Shown: in pieces, positions 37,489 through 51,885 of the stretch
Layout: every line of letters begins with the position of its first letter
Position numbering within the stretch: the first letter of the stretch is position 1
Assembly: GCF_006345805.1 (NCBI RefSeq)
Contig: NC_043006.1
Coordinates: 19,654,001-19,718,000 of the forward strand
Reading direction: 5' to 3'
Length of the DNA: 64,000 nucleotides
DNA from: Octopus sinensis
Taxonomy: Eukaryota
Translations under genes and position numbers: made by a program
Notes under the pieces: model-generated
The model's input: the letters and a program-made list of their open reading frames with translations, nothing else
The model's database searches: none
Told to the model about the DNA's origin: nothing

Positions 37489-40400
37489 AAACACAGAGGG
37501 GACAAACAAGGACAGACAAACGGATTAAATCGATTACATCGACCTCGACCCCAGTGCGTAACTGGTACTTAATTTATCGACCTCGAAAGGATGAAAGGCA
37601 AAGTCGACCTCGGCGGAATTTGAACCCAGAACGTAACGGCAGACGAAATACGGCTACACATTTCGCGCGGCGTGCTAACGTAGCCCTTAGGATGACCAAA
37701 GCCTTGTCAGTAATCCACAATAAGTCTCCATAAAGTATCAAAAATGTAAACTGTGTTCAGAATCAGGCTCACTATCATGAGGTAGTGAGTTCAATTCCCA
37801 GACCAAGCTGTGTGTTGTGTTCTTGAGCAAGTCAGTTTATTTCACATTGCTCCAGTTAACTCAGCTGTAGAAATGAGTTGCAATGTCACTCGTGCCAAGC
37901 TGTATCGGCCTTTGCCTTTCTCTTGGATAACGTCATGACATGGAGAGAGACAGCTGGCATCAATGGGCAACTGCTGGTCTTCCATGAACAACCTGGCCTG
38001 GACTTGTGCCACAGAAGGTAACTTCCTTGGTGCAATCCTATGGTCATTCATGACCAATGGCGGTGGTCCTTTATAATTACAGATAATATATGGCCACATA
38101 ATTACAGATAATATAGGGTCACATAAAAAGCACCCATGCCAGTGGCATGTAAAAAGCACCTGTCCCAGTGCCACGTAAATAGTGCTCATGATGGTGCCAG
38201 ATACAAAGCAACCATGCTGGTGCCACGTTAAAAGCACACAGTACACTCTGTAGAATGGTTGGCATTAGGAAGGGCATCCAGCCATAGAAACCATGCCAAA
38301 ACAGATAATTGGAGCCTGGTGCAGCTCTCCAACTGGCCACCCCCTGTCAAACCATCCAGCATGGAAAATGGACTTTAAATGATGATGATGATGATGATGA
38401 TAACAGTGACGTTGATGACACTGACAGAGGTGGTGGGAGCTACAGAGGGGGTTGTGGCAGCAGATGTGACAGCTGTGGCTGGGGGGGGGGACAGCAGTTG
38501 TGCTGGTAGCTGTGGTTTTAGTCACAGCAAAGGCAGTAGCAGTGGTGGCAGCAATGATAGGGGCAAGTGGATAAGATAAATAGATCAACAAATTATGGGT
38601 CAGGAGTTCAAATCCACTGTAAGCCTTTTCACTGGGCCTTTTACAGGGGTTCATTATGATACATAAGCAGTGGTTATAATTTGAGAAAAATATTTCTTGG
38701 GAAATCTTCAAATATATTTAAGGGGCAAAAATATCTTATCATTTCTTTTATATGATCCCAACTTTAAATGTTGATGTCTCCTGTACTCTGGGATGTTTTC
38801 AAGGGACCAGCTTTTAGTTAAGTGTGACAAGGTTCAAGTAGAAGAAAATTATGTCCCTTAAATATGGAAATGGCAGTCAGTGTCACACAAGTTACTCTAG
38901 TGAACTGTCCCAGTGATGTTTGAATTGTACTCTCCAGTGTGATATCCAGTTGTATCTCCCCAGTATAGAGTGTTTAATAGGATCTAAATCTGGACAGTAT
39001 GTTATTCAGAATAGGTCTTAGCCCATGCCAGTGGGTCCCAAAACCCTCCACATCACTGATGGGTCCAAAGAAACAGCACAGCCATTACAATTTAGCACCA
39101 ACGTTGCTACAGAAATTATCAGACTAAGATTGCAGACAACATCAAAGAGATTCAGAGACACTGACTCCTGATTTTTCCCTAGGGTTAATTCCTGAAGCCT
39201 TTCCCATGGCAGTGGGGGTGAGATTGGAATCAGAGTTTCCCTTCCTTCTCTTAGCTGGGTTGACCCCCATCACCTCCAGGTTAATGAGCTCCATCTGTCC
39301 ATTTGACTAGCCTGTTAACCCTTTAAAATTTAACCCAGCCATATCTGGCCCAAATATTCTACCCGTTTTATGTTAAAACTGGCCATATCTGGACTCTCAC
39401 ACCTATCCTACAATGTCATTCTAGAAATAAACAATTACATCCTCAAAATCGCTAAGCTTCAAGATGATGCATGATTAAATCAAAACCATATGAATAAATA
39501 AGCATTATGTTTGACAAAATAATCTGAATGCTAAAGGGTTACCTTATACCTGGGACCCTGAGAGGTGTTACGACTCCAGATTAAAGTAGGCCTGGAAGCA
39601 ATAGTGGCTAAGAGGGTTCCATGACTGGATGCAGTTTAATGTCATAACCAAGACATTCCTTAATCTCACATACCTGCCTGTTGTACAATATAAACATCAT
39701 CATCATCATTTAACGTGCGCTTTCCATGCTAGCATGGGTTGGACGATTTGACTGAAGACTGGCAAACCAGGTGGCTGCACCAGGCTCCAATCTTGATCTG
39801 GCAGAGTTTCTACAGCTGGATGCCCTTCCTAACGCCAACCACTCTGAGAGTGTAGTGGGTGCTTTTTACATGCCACCAGCATGAGGGCCAGTAAGGCGGT
39901 ACGACCATATAACATCATAATAATTTTATAGTATAACTTTAACAATGGTCTATATCACCATCTTCATCATCTCTCCATCACTATCTCTACATCATCATCT
40001 GTATCATCACCATCATTGCCATCGTTATCATCATTATCATCATCATTACTTGCAGCAACATTAGCATGACATCCTTAGCATTATCATCAGTGGTGTTATC
40101 GTCATCATCACCACCTTCATCATCATTGTCATCATCACCACCACCACCATCATCATCGCTATCATCGTCATCATCATCATCATCATCATCCTCATAAATA
40201 TCAGCAGTAGCAGTAGTGAAACCGTACAGTCATTTTCATCATCATCATCATCATGACAATCCCCAGCACCACTACCACCAACATCATCATCGTTATCATC
40301 ATCACCACCACCAACACTATTATCATCATAACACTAGAAAGCACCACTACAACACCATCAACCCACTGCCAATACAACCACCACCACTACCACAACAGTA

Positions 40401-40700
40401 CCCCCAATACCAAAGCTTCTACAAACACAGTATAGATGTTAAATGATAAAGTCTATTATTTAGTCTTGTACTTGCTTCACTCACTGGACTACAGCCATGC
40501 ACGTGCACTGTCTTGAAATGTTTAATGGAACCAATAAACCCCTGCACTTATTTTTAAGCTTTGTGCTTATTCTATAAGTTTTTTTACTGTAGTGCAAAAT
40601 TATGGGGATGTAAACAAAGTAACACCAGTTGTCAAGTAGCAGTGTGGAACAAATATAACACAGGCACAAAGACACCCACATTGATACATACATACATACA

Positions 40701-40736
<36 letters not shown>

Positions 40737-40982
40737 TACAAATATGAGAGAGAATCCACTATGTGGACGCTCTTACGCTAGAGATAGATCCGCAAGGGTC
40801 CCAACCACTAAGAACCCTTGCAGATCATAGTGGATTCTCTCTCATATTTGTGTATTAATAATATTTACTGAATCTCAGTCTTTTATGTGCTAGACCACTG
40901 GTGTTTAAATTGATGTTATTAAATTAATATCCAATTTTTTCACCCTCATTTTTGACATACATATATATATATATATATATAT

Positions 40983-41201
40983 CAGTGCTTTTCAAACTTT
41001 TTTCTGGAGTGGAACCCCAAGGAAACATTCCACTGGCTCGAGGAACCCCTGTGCAATAATTTAATAGTCTTATGCACACATATCTGCACAGGAGAATTAA
41101 AAATTACTGCCGATTTTAGCAGTTTTGTAACTTCTTGCGGAACCCCTGGACTGTACTGGCGGAACCCTAAGGTTCCGAGGAACCCTGGTTGAAAACCACT
41201 G
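40983..41201. mobile_element. hAT/Charlie-like MITE inserted in (TA)n
   Basis: CAGTGCTTTTCAA...TTGAAAACCACTG with an ATATATAT 8-bp flank on both sides. Confidence 0.8.
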
Positions 41202-41273
41202 ATATATATATATATATTAAAAATATTGAATTTCTAAATGTCTCAGAGAGACATGAGCGGTGGTGGGGCGATG

Positions 41274-41554
41274 TAGTGGTTGTATACTGTCAACTCAACG
41301 TGACAGTCCCGTAAAAGGAATCACACCACCTAGGAAGCATCGACGCTTCCTGTCAGCTTTGACACATTTCCTGTGTCCTTATATTTGCAAAGGGGTGCTA
41401 ATCCTAGCTGGCAGGTGTGCTTGCCTCCCCTTTGCAAATATAAGGACACAGGACATGTGTCAAAGCCAATAGGAAGCATCGATGCTTCTTAGGGCTAAAT
41501 AGCGGTGATGTGATTCCTGTTACAGGACGTTGAGTTGACAGTATACAACTACTA
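41274..41554. mobile_element. palindromic fold-back MITE
   Basis: TIR TAGTGGTTGTATACTGTCAACTCAACGT / ACGTTGAGTTGACAGTATACAACTACTA, plus an inner arm CCTGTGTCCTTATATTTGCAAAGGGG / CCCCTTTGCAAATATAAGGACACAGG. Confidence 0.75.
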
Positions 41555-41885
41555 TATATATATATCCCGTGATCACGTGATATATATATAGTGATCACGT
41601 GACCGACCAGTCCATCAGATGTAGTTACACATCGCTGGTCACAATGCGTTCGCATTGTTTTAGCCTTCGGATGACGCCACCCCGCTGGCTAAGCGAGCAG
41701 GCCAACAGAAGAAAGAGTGGGAGAAAGAGTGGTGAAAGAGTACAGCAGGGATCACCATCCCCTGCCGGAGCCTTGTGGAGCTTTTAGGTGTTTTCGCTCA
41801 ATAAACACTCACAACGCCCGGTCTGGGAATCGAAACCGCGATCCTACGACCGCGAGTCCGCTGCCCTAACCACTAGGCCATTGCG

Positions 41886-42212
<327 letters not shown>

Positions 42213-43671
42213 GAATACTGGAGTGGTTTCCTATTACCTTCTCCAGACAGGCTGGATTTGTGCTCAGAATGTAGAGAGCTGGAAAATATATTGTAAAGCT
42301 TTTCTGCTAATATGCCAGTGATTTTGCCAGTCTTCCCCCTGCATAGCAACGTGAAATGAAGTACTTTGTTCAAGAACATAATGTGCCACCTGGTCCAGGA
42401 ACTGAACTCACAATCTAGCGGTTGTGAGTGGAACACCTTAACCACTTGGCTACATGCCTTCACATTTACATGAGTGTGTGTGCGTGTATGTGCGTGTGTG
42501 TGTGTGTGTGATGGGCTTCTTTTAGATTCCATGTACCAGATCCATTCACAAGGATTTGATCAGCCCAGAGCTATAAGAGAAAACCGTTGCCCAAGGAACC
42601 ATGCAGTGGTACTGAAACCATGACTGCATGGTTGGGAAAATGAGCTCCTTAACCACACAGCCAGTCTGTTGCAAGACTATTTCACCAAGCTACCACTAGT
42701 ACTGATGATGCCAGTCTGTTGTAGGCTTTAGCTACCAACAGCCACTAGGAGTGAGGGTAAAGTAGTCTGCTGAGGGTAAACCTATCAGCTGCCACTGATA
42801 CTGGGGATACTCCAATTTCTTGTTAGATTAACCCACAAGCTGCCACTAGTACAGATGGTACCCCAATCTGTTGCAAGGTTAACCCACAGATATCCACTGG
42901 AACTGAGGATACATGATATTACCTTGGAATTTATTCACTTCTCTACCTTCCACCCACTAACAAAATTGCAGTCACCCTAATTCTACGCACACACTACAAC
43001 ACCTTTTTCCTCCCTGCTACCCTTCGGTCCACCCACTACATTAAACTTTGCCCACCCACTATTGTATTGCTTTCTACTCACCCTCCATATGAGCCTCTTT
43101 TTGCCCTTTATTACCAACCACTACCCACCAACTAGATTGCTTTACAGCCACCCTCTATCCCATATACTTCTTGATCACCTTCTACCAACACCTTATCCAC
43201 TCCTACATCACCCTCTGTCTGACCACCCCATACAATCATCATCATCTTCCTCTTCTACCCTCTACCCAGCCACCACCACAGCAACAACAAGTAATATGAA
43301 GCAACTGATCGCTGGGGCGTTGACAACATTGATAACCTATATTCCAATCAAAAAGAAAACAAAAACGTGAAATGTTTTTCAGATAACTATTATTCATGAT
43401 ATTCTCAAAACTGAATTGATCCCCCTTGATTAAAAGAGCTTTAAGTGGCTCAAGTTAATGTTAATCTCTGACCAATGAGATTTTTGCTGCGTTCCTCAGC
43501 ATGTTTCAAAGCACTTTGCAAAATGATTTTCAGTGTCCATTACAGAGGGTAAGTCAACTAGGAATGACTTTCAATATCAAACTTTGGTGCAGTAACTATT
43601 AAAGGATTGAATTGTGCACAAAAATTGAAGAAAATAATTGTGTGAAGAAAGAATTATTTATCTCATAAACA

Positions 43672-43972
43672 ATGCATAGCACTCGATGGCTAACGATAAT
43701 TGTTTTAGTCTGTCTCCAACCGGTGCAAACATGGTGGCTGGGTAAAGGCCGTAGCAAACCTCCAAACAAATGTTCTTCTAAACGAATTACTCAATGGTCT
43801 GCCTGCACACATAGATGTGGAGATATTTCTAGAAGACAAGTAGGTGCCTCTTGCACAGATTATGGAAATAACTTACAACAATGTGCTTCAGTATGTGGTA
43901 TCTCAGACACCAGAACATCAAAGGCATGTTATCCTAGTGGTTGCCACTCATCACAATATTGTTGTCCAAATC
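43672..43972 (+). CDS. first coding exon D (100 aa + 1 nt), nearest to the shared exons
   Basis: MHSTRWLTIIVLVCLQPVQT|WWLGKGRSKPPNKC..WSACTHRCGDISRRQV..CYPSGCHSSQYCCPN. Same 10-Cys frame and AATC|GTGAGT phase-1 donor. Confidence 0.9.
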
Positions 43973-45451
43973 GTGAGTACTCATTACATTATAATACTCT
44001 GAGCATTTTCTTACTGATTTCAATAACACCGTGTAACAAGGTCTTTGTCGTTGGGTAGCAACAGTCATTTCCTACTTACTTACCCTTAGAAAGTATGAAA
44101 AATGGCTAATATTTCCTTTAAACTTTGCATCTATTACAGTTATTCAAACCCCAAAAATACCTCTCAGCACATGGCTATAATGATCCCTCACTACTCCTGC
44201 TCACGATCAGAGATGCCAATTCTGTCAGCCATTAAGAGATATGCTTAAGTGGTTAAGGTCAAGCAACTGACAAGCAAATCTGTGGTATTGAGCAGAATAT
44301 TTGATATAACGATATTTCTGCTTCAGCAACTTAGTGCTGACTCTGTCTGAAATGTAATGGAAAATTGGTCAGTTTCAAAACATTGATGTCCAAGTCACAA
44401 AAGCAAAGTTTGAAGGGAATAGTAGTCATTTCCTTTGATTTCTAGATAGAGGCAACTAGGAAACAACACTTACTGACCAGAGACTAAAATAAAGTAAATC
44501 TCATTACACAGTGCAGCACAACCATGGTCATGTGTCATAAAAAGCTTGCTTCCCAATCACGTCATCTCAGGTTCAGTCCCACTGTGTGTCATTTGTACAG
44601 GCTCCTGTCAAGACTTCGGACCCCATACAGCTAATTTCCTTAGCAAAATCAAGATGACTGCTACACATTTGAGAAATGAGCCCCGCAAGGTGGAATGGAT
44701 GTTGCAAGTGTCACTGGGCATTCTCCATGGCAACATCTTTGCATTTATGTCCATGAGGCACAGGAGTGGCTGTGTGGTAAGTAGCTTGCTTACCAACCAT
44801 ATGGTTCCGGGTTCAGTCCCACTGTGTGGCATCTTGGGCAAGTGTCTTCTACTATAGCTTCGGGCCAACCAAAACCTTGTGAGTGGATTTGGTAGATGGA
44901 AACTGAAAGAAGCCCGTCGTATATATGTATATATATATATATATGTGTGTGTGTTTGTGTGTCTGTGTTTGTCCCCCTAGCATTGTTTGACAACTGATGC
45001 TGGTGTGTTTACGTCCCCCGTCACTTAGCGGTTCGGCAAAAGAGACCGATAGAATAAGTACTGGGCTTACAAAGAATAAGTCCCAGGGTCAATTTGCTCC
45101 AGCATGGCCGCAGTCAAATGACTGAAACAAGTAAAAGAGTAAAGAGTAAAGAGAGAGGCATGGCTGAGCATATCATTTGGACTAGAATGTACAACCTGTT
45201 ACTCCCTCCCTTGCCATCCTTTGTTGCTTAATTCCACCCCTCCACTTTTCATTTGCTTTGTGTCCTAGGTGAAGTAATTCTGGCAAGGGTGGGGTGGATC
45301 TTAATAATTTAATATTTTATACTTTTAATTTTTTTCTTTCTTTTCTTCTTGTAAAAAAATATGTTGCTAAATAAAAATACTTTGCTATAAAAAATGCCAA
45401 TTATAAGCCTTATAAAGGAATTTGGCAGACAGAAAGGGGTAAAAAATTATC

Positions 45452-45488
<37 letters not shown>

Positions 45489-45824
45489 ATATATATATAT
45501 TTATATATCATCATCATCATCTTCATTGTTTAACGTCCGCTTCCCATGCTAGCATGGGTTGGATGATTTGACTGAGGACTGGCGAACCAGATGGCTGCAC
45601 CAGGCTCCAATCTTGATCTGGCAGAGTTTCTTCAGCTGGATGCCCTTCCTAACGCCAACCAACTCCGAGAGTGTAGTGGGTGCTTTTACGTGCCACTGGC
45701 ACGGGGGACAGTCAGATGGTACTGGCAACGACCTCACTCGAATGCTTTTTCATGTGCCACTGGCACAAGTGGCAGTAAGGCGACGCTATATATATAATAT
45801 ATACACATATAAATATAGCTCAAT

Positions 45825-46530
45825 AGCACTTTCTCAAGGGAGATACAAGTGGTGCCATGATAGGATGCTTGCAACACTTGCTCACATCTTGGAGCGGAAA
45901 AGTCTCAAGGAACATCTTCATCAGGGGAAAACAACAGCTATAATTAAGTTCGCAAAAGAGGGAGAGAGGCCAGTAAGGACAGCAAAAAAGACATATAGCT
46001 TGTTACATAGATCCCAATCATGGGATATGAAAGTGGACCTGGTGGGGAAACTGCAGTTTCCCTAAGTCATCCATACAACCCTGAGGCCAGAAGTGGTTAT
46101 GAAAAGACTAAGAAAATTATTTTGATTGAGCTTACAGTCCTGTGGGAAGAAAGTTGTTATCAGTCCCACAAACTGAAGCATACCAAGTATGAGATCCTTC
46201 TGAAGGGATGGCAGAGAGAAGGGGTGGCAGTTGTGGCTTTTGCCAGTTGAAGTTGGTTCTAGGGGATTCCCTGACCGATAGGTATGGAGGATGCTTACAG
46301 CCACTGGAATGAGAGGAAAGGAGCGAAGGGTGTTTGTGCACAGGATGGGAGAGGCAGCTGAAAGAGCCTCTTATTGGTTATGGAGCAAGAGAGAGGTGTT
46401 AAGCTGGAAGCCAAGAGGAGATGAGAAGCAGAGATTTGGCCAGTTCTGTTGACCCACCAATGGGAGGGTATTATGGTTCAGGGTCAAAACACCCGATGAA
46501 TATTGGATACTGTCTAATGACATCAGTTTC
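45825..46530 (+). mobile_element. HERO/NeSL-like RLE LINE 3' fragment
   Basis: SQGRYKWCHDRMLATLAHILE, IILIELTVLWEE, KHTKYE and EVGSRG motifs, frameshifted. Confidence 0.75.
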
Positions 46531-47639
46531 TCCATTCATTTTGTTGAGTGGAATAAAGCACCTTCTTCTAGGTGTTATCAAATAACATGTGTGTGTATGC
46601 ATGCATATCTGTATATATGTATGTATGTAAGTATGTATAGTTATGCATATATGTATGTGTGTGTGGATGTGAGCCTGGATGAGCATTCGTCCATCCGTCG
46701 ATGCTCTCGGTGTCGGCGGTTGACCTGCTTTCTCTTCTGTGGGTCTTACGAATAGCAAAGGACCACGCTTCGGACTTCTCCCAGGCGCTCAACAAACAAA
46801 CAAGCAGCAACAACGATAACAACAGCAACAGTGTGAACAATAAAGAGTGAAAACGAAAACAAGAATGCAGATATCACGGAGAACAGTAGTAATAACGTCA
46901 AAAAACGTGGAAAACAACAATAGCAACATAAAAAAAAGCAACCTTTTATCTTTTTAGAAGGCAGTTAGCCAGTGAACTGTGCATCGGATGCAAGATCTAG
47001 GTAAAATCCTCTAGTACAAAAATGATATAGCAAAACCAGGTGTTCTGTTGCTTAATGAAGGGTAAATTTCCTACACCGGCAGAAACAGAAAAATACCTTC
47101 AAGGTGTGTGGCCCTCAGTGCTACACATATATAAAGGAAAATAATATAGGACGGGAATCTCGTTCAGAGATTTATTATTGCTTGCAGACAGTTTTTCGAA
47201 ATCAGTGACGGAAGTTACTAGAAAAACACTTAAGTATTTGCATACAGGCTTTCCCTTTCATCGTAAACCGGTGATTACCGCCCGTTGACAAGAGGCAACA
47301 ACCTCGAAACTGCGGTCCGTGCGTATCACTTAGGCTTACGAGAAAGGGATGGCCTCCCTTTGCAAATACCATAAGGGCACAGATAGTGTGCCTAAAGCCA
47401 GCTGGAGACGATGATCTCCTGGGGCTAAAAGCTACAGTAACACCCACCCTTTGTGGTTAGCCATATTGAGATGGCTATTATACTTTACAATATAGGACGG
47501 TAGCTGATATAATCACCAGCGAGCAAGAAGCCAGAAGAATGACAAGCTAAACTTTTATAATGATCACCCTATAGTTTTGTTAAGCTATACGCAAACAAAC
47601 TAGTGGAGAAAAGAACGCATTTATCAAAGGTTTATTACT

Positions 47640-50600
47640 TTATGTACACCAGGGCTTAAGTCGCCAGTTATTTCTGCTTAGTTCATTTAGCTAGCCCGCA
47701 GCGAAGTTCCTGTCTACAGTTTGTCTGTCACGAATCCCTGCCCTACATAGCTACCCCACCCCCAAGAACTGTTGACTATCATTGGAAACGGGAAGGCATT
47801 TTAATTGCCCCGTCCATGCGTGTGCTTATTCGGTTATTTGGTGACCGTTCCTTGTCAAAAGTTGGTGTGATCTGTCTAGGACGGCCCCTGTTTGGTGTCT
47901 GGGCCACTTGAACGGGGCTGTCAATATCGAGATGGGTTGGTTTCACTCTATCGATGAAGACTGTCTTGTCATCCTCCAATTAGGAGTTGGAATGTTTCAT
48001 CTCCCGGATGTATGACTTGATATGGACCATCGTAGAGTGACTAGAGGGGTTTTCGTCGTGTGTCACGTCGAACGACCACAAAGTTAGCCGTGCGGATGTC
48101 ATTTGGTACGGATGATCCGGGTATACCGTGTGTTGACGTGGGAACAAGGCGAACTGGCCCACACTGTATCTCTGTTGAGCGAAGTACCGTTTGAATTCCA
48201 GATCCGACTTCGTATTCGGAAGGAACTCTCCTGGCACTGTAAGAGTAGCACCGTACACCATTTCCGCGGAGGAAGTGCCGAGATTTTCTTTTGGGGCAGG
48301 GCAGATTCCTAGCATCGCCACGGGAGTTGATCAATCCAATTTGGTCCATTAAGTCTGGTTGTCAGGGATTCCTCCAGACGGCGGTGAAATCTCTCCACAA
48401 ATTCGTTGGTCTGTGGGTGGAAGGCTATTGTACGATTCATTGTGATTCTGAAAAGATCACACATGTCATTCCATAGCTTTGAGGTGAATTGTGGACCCCG
48501 ATCGGATAAGATGCTATCTGGAACACCAAAACGGGCAACCCAGTTTGCGATGAAGGTTCGGCTGACTTCTTGTGTTTCCGTGCAGCGGAGAGGCATAGCT
48601 TCAGGTGTAGCGGTCTACCAAGGTTAGTAGATACGAGGAACCCTGTGAAAGTGGTAGGGGGCCGACAAGGTCGATGTTGACATAGCTGAATCGGGCCTGA
48701 GGTGGTTCATAGTTGCCGATGGGTGCTTCGGTATGTTGATGGACCTCAGCTTGTTGACAGGAGACGCAGGACCTGGTCCAGTCCCCGATTTGCTTGGCCA
48801 TATTGTGCCAGATAAATTTGCTTGACAGCAGCCGCCGTGTGGATTTAGTACCTGGGTAGAAAAGTCCGCGAACGATGTGGAAAACTTTCTTACGCCAGGC
48901 TGATGGGACGATCGGTCGTGGCTTCCCAGTGGATACGTCACACAGTAGGGTTTTGCAGTTAGAGCCAAAGTGTACATCCTGCTAAGAAAGTGATGTGATA
49001 GCAATGCGGTAGGCCCTTATCTCGTCATCTATCTGTTGGGTTGCAGCCATAGCTTCATAATCCAACCTTCCGTTATTGGTGCTAGGTAGGTGTGAGAGCA
49101 GGTAGGAGCACGAGAGAGTGCGTCAGCAACTGGGTTGCCCTTGCCAGCTATGTATTGGATGTCTGTAGAGTACTCAGAAATTGCCGATAGCATTTGTTGG
49201 TGGCGTGCCAACCAAGGCTCTGAGAGCTTGCTCATAGCAAAGGTGAGTGGTTTGTGATCCGTGTATACTGTAAGGAAATAGCAAAAGTGGCGGACACCTA
49301 GATGGACAGTCAGTAGTCCCCAGTCAAAAGCACTGTATTTTTGTTCAGGGGGTCGTAGTTGTCGGCTGAAGAAGATGAGATGTGTTGTTCCGAAACGCCC
49401 ATATTGGCTGCGTCAGATGTGTCAACTGTGAGTGCAGTCCAAGTTGACATATGAGTATGGGACAGTATGGTTGCTTGAGCCAGGGCTTGTTTTGCGGATT
49501 CGAAGACTGGGGCCATTGTACTATCCCACTCCACTTGTCTTTTTGAACCCTCTTTTGACAGTGCCTTGTATAGAAATCTCATCACTTTTGCTGCAGAAGG
49601 AATGAAACGATAGTAAAAGTTTACCATGCCCACAAATTGGTGTAGAGCCTTGCTTGTGGTGGGGCATGGAACGGATAGGATAGCTTTCACTTTCTCTGGC
49701 AGGAGTGTAGTGCTGGCACTTGTAGTTCGATGTCCCAAGAAGTCGATTTCTGTCGCACCAAAATGTACTTGACCGGGTTAATTACTAAACCATACTGTTC
49801 CAGCCTATCCAAAAGGGTCACTAGTGCCTCTTATGTAACTCTGCATTTGGGATTGCAATAAGGATATCATCTAAGTATGCAAAAGACAAAATCGAGGCGT
49901 TGGAAGGCTTGTGCTGCGTTTTTCAGCCCAAAAGGTGTAGGTAGGAATTTGTACAGACTGAAAGGAGTGATCACAGCAGTTTTCGGTACATCGTCGTCTT
50001 GTACTGGTATTTGGTGGTATCTGCGGATGAGGTCAACCTTGGAAAAACCGAGCTCCCGGCTAACTGGGCTGAAAAATCCTGTATGGGCGAAATGGGGTAG
50101 CAGTCAGGTGTCGTATCCACTTTGAGACGGCGGTAATCTCTGCAGGGTCGATAACCTCAGTTGGATTTGGGGGCCATACACAAGAGTGATGATCAGGGAC
50201 TGCTTGATCAGGGACTGCTTGATCAGCGAACTATGCCCGATGCTTCCATATTGTCGAACTCGGCCTTTGCGATTGCAAATTTGTCAGGTGATAGACGACG
50301 TGTGCAGCTGTGCATTGAGGGGAGGGGCCGGTGGTAGAGATGTGGTGTGTCACTCTGTGATGGGCTGTAAGTTTGGAAAATGTCGGGGTGGTGAGATTGG
50401 GGCTACTTACAAGAAGATCCGAGAATTCGTTTTTGGTCTGCGAGATGGTTGCTATGTGAGGGGAGGCATGAGCAGATGTTGCAAGAGGCACAGAAGCGTA
50501 TGTTTTGTTGTCGAGGAATCGTCTCCCCCACCCAAATCAATCAGTAGTAAGTGTGCTCAAAGAAAGTCTGCATCGATTATGGGTTGAAGGACATGGTGAA

Positions 50601-50960
50601 TGCTCATTTGTATTTTTGTGAGTCAATGTTTAGAGAAAGGGTGCAACGACCGTATGCCTCGATTGTGAACCCGTTGGTGGCTGTTAAAGGTTGGCTCCGC
50701 TTTCCCTGATGGTGGTCCCTTGCCGATTCCGCGATCACGCTGACTTCTGCTCCTGTGTCGATTAGGAGCCTGCGCCTGGAGCTGCAATTGCAGACATAGA
50801 GGAGTATTTGGTCATGTCTGCCGGCCACCAGGGCGTTCAATGTCGGCTGGCCCCTGAAGTTTCTCTGGGTCGCTGGTGAAGGGGTCTCGAAGCTACATGA
50901 TTGTTTGTACTTTATTGCCTTTACCCCGAACTTTGCGACGTAGATGCACAGGTCATCTAA
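47640..50960 (-). mobile_element. decayed Ty3/Gypsy LTR retrotransposon (CsRn1-like), gag 3' end-PR-RT-RH-IN, PPT and 3' LTR start
   Basis: Protease LIDTGAEVSVI, RT KTAVITPF..PFGLKNAAQAFQR, RNase H ALTVDTSD and NPVADALSR, integrase NIDLVGPLP / ILSDRGPQFTS / FHPQTN..VERFHR. PPT GGGGTGGGGTAG before TGTAGGG at ~47748. Many frameshifts; no 5' LTR seen. Confidence 0.85.
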
Positions 50961-51560
50961 TACGCCTTCTTAAATAGATGTTGCCCACGAGAGTCTCGCT
51001 GTGGTCTCGCGCATGGCAACATGGTTGTAGGCGTGTTTCGGACATGGTAATGGCTGCCGGCGAGATCTCGTACAAAATGGCACTGGCTTCTTGTGTCACA
51101 CAACAGATCTATCCACGACAGACTCCACCTTATGCGACACATCATAGAGAGGGCTGGAACCAAAGCCGGCTTCCGTGGGAAACTGATCAATTTGGGTCAA
51201 TGCAAAGCATTCAAAAGAGTCGACCATCGCTACTTCGAAGCCATCCTGAAAGCAATCGGTTTTGGACCCATTTTCAGTGGCTGGATTGCTTCAATGCACA
51301 GCGGAACCTGCTCGGGAGTCAAAGTAGATGGCCACCTATCGGAACCATTTTGCTTCACATGCTCTGTCTATCAAGGCTACCTGTTGTCACCTCTTCTGTA
51401 AATGCTGGCTCTAGAGCAAATTCTGCGGAAAATGAAACAGTTGCGAGGCATCCCTTTCGAACTGGAACAGTGCCATTTTTGTTCTATGTGTTGATAATAC
51501 CTTAACCTCTATGTTAATAACCGAGCATCTATGTTCTACTTGAGCATGTTGGTAGAACAC
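50960..51560 (+). mobile_element. L1/Tx1-clade LINE RT fragment
   Basis: RSIHDRLHLMRHIIE..LINLGQCKAFKRVDH..GFGPIF..WI..V.G.LSEPF..SVYQGYLLSPLL. Confidence 0.8.
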
Positions 51561-51840
51561 TGACAAGCTTTTCTCCTCTTTGAGCTCCCGCCAGTTTTTT
51601 TTCCTATTCGCTCCGCTATACTGCGTGCCGTCACTTCGGTATACGTTGTCTTATTTCTGCAGGATGATGACCATGTCAGTTACATAATCATCATCATCCC
51701 CATCATCATTTTCATCATTGTCATAGCCATTATCATCTTTGATATAATCATCATCAGCACCACCACCATCACAACCACCGCCACCACTACTACTTTGATC
51801 ATTCTCATTGTCATCATCGTTATCAACTTCGTCGTCGTCG

Positions 51841-51885
<45 letters not shown>

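Noticed and set aside
47779-50840. Active retrotransposon or domesticated gene
   Set aside because: pol is broken into many short frames by frameshifts and stops.
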